A DNA stretch of 64,000 nt from Methylococcales bacterium (lineage in GTDB: Bacteria; Pseudomonadota; Gammaproteobacteria; Methylococcales; Methylomonadaceae), in NCBI GenBank assembly GCA_040079795.1, contig JBEBJQ010000005.1, positions 28,977-92,976 on the forward strand, in the 5' to 3' direction. Both the position numbers and the translations under genes were made by a program. The notes under the pieces are model-generated. The model was not told the DNA's origin and ran no database searches. It worked only from the letters and a program-made list of their open reading frames with translations. Of the stretch, positions 56,630 to 64,000 are shown one piece after another; position 1 is the first letter of the stretch, and every line of letters starts with the position of its first letter.

Positions 56630-58769
56630 TAAACTGTCTCAAAAATAATTGCCGGATGCTTCTGGCCCATTGCTTAGCCAAGGGTTCACCGCCGTGATAA
56701 AAGCGCACATAAGCGCGAGTTCCAATGAACTGGTTAGGCTCAGGCGGTGAAAATTCTACATCCACCTGGAAGAATTTTTCCAGGGTGAGCAATTCCTCCG
56801 GCTTATTTGGATCGAGGATGAATTGACCACCGGCATTACTTGCCAAAGCTTCGCTATAGAGCTTTTCTGTTGCTTCAGGCGTTTCCCGAATGATTTTAGC
56901 CGCCAATACCTGATCGGGTTGATTAGCCAATCTGACTTGTACAGCTAATATGCCATTACGGAGCTTGCCTATGTCCGCTTGGGTTACTGCTGCCCGGACA
57001 GTTGGCTTGCTGTTATCGATAACATAGCCGATTAAATCACCTTGTTTAAGATATTGCCCCGGTAAATCTTCAGCGTCTGGAATTAATAGCCGTCCGGTTT
57101 GAGTGCTTTTAACCTGCATACCTAGTAATTTCTTTTCTGCTTGTGTTAACTCGGAGTGGATAGCAGGTATTTGTTCCCGGAGAATTTGGGCTTTAACCAA
57201 ATCTTTGGTTTTTTCAGCACGATAACTGGCTTCCAATTCATTTATTTTGGCACGTAAAATGTTGACTTGAGTTTCTAAAAACGGATCGGTTAATTGCACA
57301 ACCTCTGTTCCTGCTTGAATAGAGGTGTTCGAGGCGGCGGATAGAGGTTCTACAAAACCGGGATTGTCCACTCTTAGCTGGGCATGTTCAGGAAGCCAAA
57401 CGACGCCTTGGGCATTGGTATAGGAGGGGAAGGGCACTAGAAAAATCAACGCCCCTAAAAAAACTATTGTTAGGCTGCCGGTGCCAATGACGCGCCAGCT
57501 TTTAGCTTTGATTGTTTCGTTAGTAACAATGGCATGTAAGATTCTATAGAGGGGCAGTAGAAATTGCACCGAAATCAGCCAGAACGCGAGTATCAGCCCA
57601 ATAACAAAATATTTATCAATGACAAATAAACTGATAAGACAAAAAACCCAAATTCGGTATATAAAAGCAGCTACGCTGTAAGCAACAAACCAGCTGGATT
57701 CGCCGGGTGCATAAGCAGGTGAAACGGCTTGCTGCAATCCAAACAAATAGCGTTGCGCCAAATAACCCATATAACGGTTAGAGCGCTGATACAGATTCGG
57801 AATATCCAGGGCATCCGCTAAAATATAGTAGCCATCATATTTTAATAACGGATTGCCGTTAAAAAACAGCGAAGAGATCCCACCGATTAAGAGCACATTA
57901 AATGCGATATCCCGAACCAATCCCGGTTCAATGTTTAACCACAGAATCAGGCTTAATGCCGCCAAAAACAATTCAACTGAAATTCCCGCAACACTGACTA
58001 ACATGCGTTGAAATTTGCTTCTAAAGTGGGCAGAGGATGAAACATTAACGTAAGGCACGGGCACTAATAGCAGCAGGTTAATGCCCATCTCATGCACCTC
58101 CCCGCCTGCGATTTTAGTGGCAAAGGCATGCCCTAATTCGTGCAAACCTTTTATCAAGGGATAAAGTATAAACAACAGGATAAGGTTATAAGGGGTGAAG
58201 GTATTAACCTGTACCTGATAACTTAATTCCTGCCAATGCATAGCAGTTAAGAAGCTTGCAAGGGTGATAAGTAACAGCCAGAGCAGGGCGGTTGTCCAAT
58301 GAAAGATCCAGCTTACTTTGGATAAATGCTTGACCAAGAACTGCTCCGGATCCCACAATGGTAACCTTAAGGAGAGCGGATTACTGACAGTTTGTTTTAT
58401 TTGTTGGTTGTTGTGCCGGGTTTGCCGTTGAAAAAACTCATCAGTATCAATCGCGGTGTCGGATTGCAGAAGATCAGCCTGATGTAATTGCCCAAGCAGG
58501 GCAATGACTTCATTCTGGGTCGGGGCGGATTCCACCATGTTTTCATTAACCAGTTGCCATACTTGCTCGACAGACCGAACACCATCCAGCAGACCGATGA
58601 ATTGAAAAGCTGCGGCATTAAAACGATGATGCTTTCCAGAGCTTTTGTCTTCGACAATAAACCATAACTGTCCGCGATAACGATGTCGATGGACTTCAAT
58701 ATGCTTTTGCAAATGCGGCGTTAGGCTTTGAACCCGATACCATTGTGGGCTTAAGAGTGCTTCAGTCAT
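56622..58769 (-). CDS. three-part fusion: PqqD/RRE-like N-domain, S2P (M50) intramembrane metalloprotease core, HlyD-like C-terminal periplasmic domain
   Basis: The N-terminus HRFNAAAFQFIGLLDGVRSVEQVWQLV...VIALLGQLHQADLL resembles PqqD/RiPP-recognition elements. HELGHAF and NGNPLLKYDG match the S2P HExxH and NxxPxxxxDG motifs within multiple TM helices. The C-terminal ~270 aa contain a coiled-coil and beta-barrel region of HlyD type. Confidence 0.75.
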   Translation of the reverse strand: MTEALLSPQWYRVQSLTPHLQKHIEVHRHRYRGQLWFIVEDKSSGKHHRFNAAAFQFIGLLDGVRSVEQVWQLVNENMVESAPTQNEVIALLGQLHQADLLQSDTAIDTDEFFQRQTRHNNQQIKQTVSNPLSLRLPLWDPEQFLVKHLSKVSWIFHWTTALLWLLLITLASFLTAMHWQELSYQVQVNTFTPYNLILLFILYPLIKGLHELGHAFATKIAGGEVHEMGINLLLLVPVPYVNVSSSAHFRSKFQRMLVSVAGISVELFLAALSLILWLNIEPGLVRDIAFNVLLIGGISSLFFNGNPLLKYDGYYILADALDIPNLYQRSNRYMGYLAQRYLFGLQQAVSPAYAPGESSWFVAYSVAAFIYRIWVFCLISLFVIDKYFVIGLILAFWLISVQFLLPLYRILHAIVTNETIKAKSWRVIGTGSLTIVFLGALIFLVPFPSYTNAQGVVWLPEHAQLRVDNPGFVEPLSAASNTSIQAGTEVVQLTDPFLETQVNILRAKINELEASYRAEKTKDLVKAQILREQIPAIHSELTQAEKKLLGMQVKSTQTGRLLIPDAEDLPGQYLKQGDLIGYVIDNSKPTVRAAVTQADIGKLRNGILAVQVRLANQPDQVLAAKIIRETPEATEKLYSEALASNAGGQFILDPNKPEELLTLEKFFQVDVEFSPPEPNQFIGTRAYVRFYHGGEPLAKQWARSIRQLFLRQFNV

Positions 58770-58785
58770 GACTCGTAACTTAGAT

Positions 58786-60552
58786 TTAAGGCCACCATGA
58801 CCATACCCACAGTCTAAACCAGTCTACCAATTCATGCGTCCAAATCCACAGAATCGGCTTGCGACCGGCATTAATTTTAGCGACCCCAACCATGCCCGGA
58901 CGTAATAACTCAGTAGGATTTTGCAAACTGGCTTCAACCCGAAAAACATTATCACCAGACTCTACTTTTGCCAAAGTCGTGATTTTTTGGATTGTTAAAG
59001 GTAAACGCTGGTCAGGCAAGCTGGAGAGCGATAGAAGTCCTGTTTCTCCAGATTGTATATAAGCAATGAGCCGTTCACTAACCTTCAGAATAATTCGGTA
59101 ACCGTCCAACGGAGCAATTTTAAAGAGTTTCTGCCCGCGTTCTACCGGTGCACCCAGTAACTGACTGAGATCTCCTTCTATCACCACGCCATCAAATGGC
59201 GCGACAATAGTGGTGCGTTGTAATTGTTCCTGGACTAATTGCAGCTGTGCTTCAAGTTGTTGCAATTTAGCGCGGATGACACTGACATCCACCAGCTCAT
59301 TATTCGCCCTTGCTTCACGGTATTCGCGTAAAGCTTGTTGTTGCTGGCTGACCAATTTGGAATTTTCTAACTGTAAATCGGCATCATCCATGACTGCCAT
59401 ACTTGTGCCTTTGGTTACGGTATCACCGGCACGGACTGAGGCAGTTAAAATAAATCCTTCAATAGGTGCGGCTACTACCCGCTGTATTTTACCTTCCAAT
59501 ACCGCATCTGCATGTACTCTGAAATCCCCCTTAAGCAGGCTAGCTGTGATTAAGCAAGCAATTATGCATAATGCCGTTAATCTTATCCCTATATTACGGA
59601 GGCTAAATAGACTGTTGAATTGTTGGTTAATGCGCGCACCAACCTGCTCCAATAGGGACTTTTCAGTAGCGTGTTTTAGGTACAGATAAGGGCCTAATAG
59701 CGCCAAAGCCTGTTCTAAAAGCCTTACTTGTTCTGCTAAAAAGGGCGTAGACGCATCGCGTTCGAGGGTAAGAACGGCAAAAACGGATTTTTGATAGGCC
59801 ATTGGCAGTGTACAGATGCTACCGGCACTGTATTGTTTAGCCAGCTCTGTATGTGCGCGATTAATATACCGGGGAGGCGTATTGAGCGGAGGATAGGTAA
59901 TAATCATATCCTGGTCAACAGCTTCGTCCATGGCATCAGCGATTGCGCGCATCAAATTGGCGCGATTATCAAATTTTGCGCTGTTAGATAAAGCAACAAT
60001 GTCGACCTGCTGCCGTTTTAACTCACCAATCGTAACCCGCCCACATTGAAATTGTCTGGTCAATTCAGTGATTAGGGCAATCAAGCTTTCCTGGTAAGAT
60101 GTTTCGTCCAGGCAAATGGCAAGCAATTTGACGGTAGTGGCGTAAAATTCTTTGGGTAATAATTCACCTTGTGGCGTTGTGGCAAGTTCAAACCAGTGTT
60201 TACCCTGTTCCAGGCTAAGAAAGAGTTGTTGTTGTTTTTGCGCGGACTGCGCAGTGGTTTTTAATGCGATAACGCCGATTAATTGCTTGTCAAAAAAGAG
60301 CGGGGAAGCTAGGTAATCAAACGCTGGTTCAAGCGTTAAGGTAGCTGTCGTTGGGTTAACGATATTATCACCAGTTTTGGCTGCAATACAGGCAATTGCC
60401 AATAATATGTTGATATCCTGATGATCCTTTGGCCATTGCGCGACAGGTTGCAAGGTTTGGGAGTTTGGCTGAACGATTAAGAATAGCGCACTTCGACACT
60501 CTGTAATAATTTTACATTGAATATCAAGCCAATTCTGAGAAAAACCATTCAA
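58786..60552 (-). CDS. GAF-domain(s) - TM - HlyD-family adaptor protein
   Basis: Cytoplasmic ~310 aa of GAF-like sequence, one TM (LTALCIIACLITASLL), then a membrane-fusion-protein core (VVAAPIEGFILTASVRAGDTVTKGTSMAVMDD...TIVAPFDGVVIEGD). TTG start with AAAAGGA upstream. Confidence 0.75.
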   Translation of the reverse strand: MNGFSQNWLDIQCKIITECRSALFLIVQPNSQTLQPVAQWPKDHQDINILLAIACIAAKTGDNIVNPTTATLTLEPAFDYLASPLFFDKQLIGVIALKTTAQSAQKQQQLFLSLEQGKHWFELATTPQGELLPKEFYATTVKLLAICLDETSYQESLIALITELTRQFQCGRVTIGELKRQQVDIVALSNSAKFDNRANLMRAIADAMDEAVDQDMIITYPPLNTPPRYINRAHTELAKQYSAGSICTLPMAYQKSVFAVLTLERDASTPFLAEQVRLLEQALALLGPYLYLKHATEKSLLEQVGARINQQFNSLFSLRNIGIRLTALCIIACLITASLLKGDFRVHADAVLEGKIQRVVAAPIEGFILTASVRAGDTVTKGTSMAVMDDADLQLENSKLVSQQQQALREYREARANNELVDVSVIRAKLQQLEAQLQLVQEQLQRTTIVAPFDGVVIEGDLSQLLGAPVERGQKLFKIAPLDGYRIILKVSERLIAYIQSGETGLLSLSSLPDQRLPLTIQKITTLAKVESGDNVFRVEASLQNPTELLRPGMVGVAKINAGRKPILWIWTHELVDWFRLWVWSWWP

Positions 60553-60820
60553 GTTAACAATCCTTTTAAGTCAGGCAGATATAGGTTAGTTATGAGGTTA
60601 AAGAATAGTTCAAGTTGACCAAAACTTCCAATTTTTAGTTGGATAATATTTTTACTGGTATATGACTATTTTGTTGAAGACTAACATCCCAAGCCCTGTG
60701 AGCGTTTTGCTGGGATACAAAAAATGTCGTTACTTTGTGCAAGATAAGCTTAAAACGATTTTGGTAATGTAAGCTTCTTTCGGTGACTAAGCCATTTTGA
60801 AATTTGGTCATCAATTGAAT

Positions 60821-60855
60821 AAAAAAAGGCCGGAGTGTCTCCGGCCTTTTTATCT
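60821..60855. terminator. bidirectional rho-independent terminator downstream of htpG
   Basis: A7-GGCCGGAG-tgt-CTCCGGCC-TTTTTAT. Confidence 0.8.
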
Positions 60856-60864
60856 TTTTGGCGT

Positions 60865-62805
60865 TTAGTGTAACAAACTCTGCAATAGCCCATTAAGCTT
60901 ATGCACGAAGGCTGCGGGATCATCTAAATGTCCCCCCTCGCTGAGTATCGCTTGATCAAACAAAATATGCGTAATATCCGCAAAGCGGGTGTCATCTGTT
61001 TCGTTTTTAATCTTTGTCACCAAGCCATGAGTTGGATTGATTTCAAATACCGGTTTTGATCCGCCGCCCATCATGCTTAAGTTCTGCCCGGCTTCTTTCA
61101 TGATGCGTTCCATATTAAGGCTCATGCCGTAATCGGTAGCAACCAAACAGGCAGGGGAGTCGGTTAGGCGGTGACTGAGCCTTACTTCGCTGACTTTATC
61201 GCCTAAAACTTCTTTAATTTGCTTCAGCACCGACTCGAAATCCTTATCGATTTCTTCTTGCTGTTTTTTCTCTTCTTCGGTTTCGGGTTTGTCGATATCC
61301 AGCTGACCTTTCGCAACTGATTGCAAATGTTTGTCATTGAAATCACTTAGGTTAGAGACCAACCACTCGTCAATACGATCCGACAGTAACAAGACTTCAA
61401 TACCTTTTTTACGGAAAATCTCCAGATGCGGACTGTTTTTGGCAGCCGCGTAACTGTCCGCAGTAATGTAATAGATCTTGTCCTGACCTTCCTGCATACG
61501 GCTGATGTAATCTTCAAGGCTAACGTTTTGCTCTTCTGAGTTGGTATGGGTTGAAGCAAAGCGCAATAACTTCGCCACTTGTTCTTTATTTTTATGGTCT
61601 TCAATAGGACCCTCTTTAATGACGGCGCCAAATTGCTTCCAGAACGTCGCGTATTTTTCAGCGTCATTTTTAGCCAGGCTTTCCAGCATACTGAGTACTT
61701 TTTTAACCGCACCGGATTTAATGGCGCTGATTTGTTTGCTTTGTTGCAGGATTTCGCGCGAGACATTCAACGGTAAGCCGTCGGCATCAATGACCCCACG
61801 TATAAAGCGCAAATAACGCGGCATAAGTTGTTCGGCATCGTCGGTAATGAACACTTTACGCACATACAGCTTAACCCCGTGTTTGGCGTCACGGTCCCAT
61901 AAATCAAAGGGTGCGCGTCCAGGGACATATAGCAATAAGGTATATTCGTTAGTGCCTTCTACTTTACTGTGTACGTGTACTAAAGGATCTTGATAGTCGT
62001 GGGCAACGTGTTTGTAAAATTCGTTGTAGGCCTCATCGCTAATCTCATCTTTGGATTTCATCCACAACGCTGAGGCACTGTTAACGGTTTCTTCTTCGAT
62101 AACGGGTTCTGGCTTAGGCGCATCTTCCGGTGCGTCTTCGGCTTGCGGCGGGGTGACTTCTTTATCCATCACAATCGGTAGAGAAATGTGGTCGGAATAT
62201 TTACGTACAATGGAACGTAAGCGCCAATTGTCCAAGAAATCTTCTTCACCTTCTTTAAGATGTAAAACGATTTCTGTACCGCGTCCGGCCTTTTCAACGT
62301 TTTCGATGGTATAGTCGCCGTCACCAGCTGATTCCCAACGCACACCTTCGGCTTTGTCAGCACCGGCTTTACGGGTGATTAAAGTGACCTTATCCGCGAC
62401 AATAAACGCCGAATAAAAACCCACCCCGAACTGTCCAATGAGTTCACTGTCTTTGGCCTGATCGCCGGTTAAGGCTTCAAAAAATTGTTTAGTACCGGAT
62501 TTGGCAATAGTACCAATGTGTTCGCGCACTTCGTCACGGGTCATGCCAATACCGTTATCAATGACTGACATGGTGCGTTTGTCTTTATCAAATTCAATAC
62601 GGATTTTTAAATCGCTATCGCCTTCATACAGTCCGTCATTGGCGAGTGCTTCAAAACGCAGCTTGTCGGCAGCATCAGAGGCATTCGAAACAAGCTCCCG
62701 CAGAAAAATTTCTTTGTTACTGTACAAAGAATGAATCATTAAGTGCAGTAAGTGTTTAACTTCGGTTTGAAAGCCTAAAGTTTCTTTTTTTACGTCAATG
62801 GTCAT
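60865..62805 (-). CDS. htpG: molecular chaperone HtpG (Hsp90)
   Basis: [45 protein letters not shown]. The ATG at 62805 was chosen by alignment with the E. coli HtpG N-terminus as I remember it. Confidence 0.95.
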   Translation of the reverse strand: MTIDVKKETLGFQTEVKHLLHLMIHSLYSNKEIFLRELVSNASDAADKLRFEALANDGLYEGDSDLKIRIEFDKDKRTMSVIDNGIGMTRDEVREHIGTIAKSGTKQFFEALTGDQAKDSELIGQFGVGFYSAFIVADKVTLITRKAGADKAEGVRWESAGDGDYTIENVEKAGRGTEIVLHLKEGEEDFLDNWRLRSIVRKYSDHISLPIVMDKEVTPPQAEDAPEDAPKPEPVIEEETVNSASALWMKSKDEISDEAYNEFYKHVAHDYQDPLVHVHSKVEGTNEYTLLLYVPGRAPFDLWDRDAKHGVKLYVRKVFITDDAEQLMPRYLRFIRGVIDADGLPLNVSREILQQSKQISAIKSGAVKKVLSMLESLAKNDAEKYATFWKQFGAVIKEGPIEDHKNKEQVAKLLRFASTHTNSEEQNVSLEDYISRMQEGQDKIYYITADSYAAAKNSPHLEIFRKKGIEVLLLSDRIDEWLVSNLSDFNDKHLQSVAKGQLDIDKPETEEEKKQQEEIDKDFESVLKQIKEVLGDKVSEVRLSHRLTDSPACLVATDYGMSLNMERIMKEAGQNLSMMGGGSKPVFEINPTHGLVTKIKNETDDTRFADITHILFDQAILSEGGHLDDPAAFVHKLNGLLQSLLH

Positions 62806-62850
62806 GTTTTTTAGGTTCCTCATCAATATTATGTGAAAGTTCAGCTATTA

Positions 62851-62878
62851 TTGTGGGGGTAGTTTGTTTTTTTTCAAG
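62851..62878 (-). promoter_or_regulatory. candidate sigma-32 heat-shock promoter of htpG
   Basis: The minus strand reads CTTGAAA-13 nt-CCCCACAA, against the consensus CTTGAAA-N13/14-CCCCATNT. It lies ~50 nt upstream of the ATG. Confidence 0.55.
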
Positions 62879-62929
62879 CCAGAGAGCGTTTTACCCTATT
62901 AACTTAACACCCCATAGTCTATAAATATA

Positions 62930-64000
62930 ATGAGCGTTAATCTTAAAGCCCTCCGGATTTTGTTAATTGAAGATTATGCGGCTATGCGGATGTCAATAAA
63001 GGCAATGCTATATCAGGGGAAAGCAGAGCAAATAGCCGAAGCCTATAGTGCCAAAATGGCAATTGCCATGATGGAAAAACAAAAGTTTGATCTGGTCTTG
63101 TGTGATTATAATTTGGGGTTGGGTCAAAATGGGCAACAATTCTTAGAAGAAGTCAAATACCGGAAATTGTTACCCCATAGCAGTATTTTTATTATGGTAA
63201 CCGCTGAACAAGCATCAAGCATGATACTTAATGTTGTGGAAAATAAACCGGATGAATATCTGGCTAAACCATTCAACGCCTCGCAACTATTAAGCCGCAT
63301 TGAAAAACAGCTATTCCGTAAAACTTACTTTATAGATATAGATCAAGCTATTGAAAACGATAATTTACCACTGGCTATAGCCTATTGTGAACAGTTAATG
63401 CGCCAGTATGATCCTAAAATGCGTACCCAATTACTTAAAATTGGCGCCGAGTTAGCGATCAATATCGGGGATTTTAAAACCGCTCAGCAATATTATCAGG
63501 AAGTCTTAAGCCAGCGTGATTTAGCCTGGGCAAAGCATGGTATGGGGGTTATTGCGTTTTTACAAAATAATTTTGAACGGGCGATTGAGCTGTTTCGGGA
63601 GGTGATCGTTCAAGCCCCGATGATGATTGAAACCTATGATTGGTTAACTAAAGCTTATGAAGAAATCGACAAGCTTCAGGATGCACTGGATATACTTAAA
63701 CAGGCCATAGAGTTTTCCCCCCAGGCCTTAATAAGGCAACAAAAACTGGCGTTGCTGGCGGAGAAAAGCGGTGATGTTGATGCTGCCCAAAAAGCTTATA
63801 AATCAGCGATTAAATTAGGTCACGATTCAGTATACAAATCTTGCCAAGATTTCGCGGGTTTAGCCAAAATCCAGATCAACGCCAATAACTTCAAAGATGC
63901 GCTTAAATTAATAACGGAAATGCGCGAAACATTCCCTAAAAGTCCTGAAGCGGAGTTTCGTGCCGCGCAATTAGAAACGCGCATTTATTACATGCAAAAA
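62930..64000 (+). CDS. response-regulator receiver domain fused to TPR-like repeats (runs off the right edge)
   Basis: From the ATG at 62930: MSVNLKALRILLIEDYAAMR...FDLVLCDYNLG...YLAKPF (REC domain), followed by TPR-like helices. The frame is open to 64000. Confidence 0.8.
   Translation, partial: MSVNLKALRILLIEDYAAMRMSIKAMLYQGKAEQIAEAYSAKMAIAMMEKQKFDLVLCDYNLGLGQNGQQFLEEVKYRKLLPHSSIFIMVTAEQASSMILNVVENKPDEYLAKPFNASQLLSRIEKQLFRKTYFIDIDQAIENDNLPLAIAYCEQLMRQYDPKMRTQLLKIGAELAINIGDFKTAQQYYQEVLSQRDLAWAKHGMGVIAFLQNNFERAIELFREVIVQAPMMIETYDWLTKAYEEIDKLQDALDILKQAIEFSPQALIRQQKLALLAEKSGDVDAAQKAYKSAIKLGHDSVYKSCQDFAGLAKIQINANNFKDALKLITEMRETFPKSPEAEFRAAQLETRIYYMQK

Noticed and set aside
38426-60552. Considered calling the 22-kb block a horizontally acquired genomic island
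   Set aside because: I see no integrase, tRNA, flanking direct repeats or obvious compositional break by eye. I cannot compute GC or codon statistics here, so the claim would be unsupported.

Overview
The window looks like a chromosomal segment of a probable gammaproteobacterium. Supporting synteny: topA-smg-dprA opposite def-fmt-rsmB, alaC-hom-thrC, bamA-skp-fabZ-lpxA-rnhB-dnaE, efp-epmA, aspS, cysM, pyrC and htpG. About two thirds is housekeeping. The accessory content falls into three groups. (1) A ~22-kb co-directional minus-strand block (38.4-60.6 kb). It holds a 3388-aa adhesin-like giant gene with no Sec signal and no RTX repeats, flanked by an HlyD-type adaptor with a SPOR-like tail and by a GGDEF-GGDEF-EAL enzyme. 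Further upstream sits a tightly coupled triad: GAF-HlyD, a PqqD(RRE)-S2P metalloprotease-HlyD fusion, and a C-terminally truncated SecA-like ATPase. The block has no ABC transporter and no TolC-like gene. This triad is my best candidate for an undescribed export/processing system. (2) A family of ~290-bp structured repeats: two 100% identical copies, one diverged copy with compensatory hairpin substitutions, and one fragment. They sit among IS110- and IS982-type remnants, and one copy abuts an apparently 5'-truncated gene. (3) Small-scale oddities. A (TTCTG)3 repeat puts the leader of a PEP-CTERM gene out of frame. dprA and rnhB have no ATG/GTG/TTG start but show 4-nt stop/start overlaps with the upstream gene. 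A good sigma-54 promoter precedes a persulfide-dioxygenase-rhodanese gene next to a sigma-54 activator. lpxD and lpxB are missing from the otherwise conserved envelope cluster. I saw no rRNA, tRNA or CRISPR array by eye. All domain calls come from motif recognition in the supplied translations. No searches or statistics were run.
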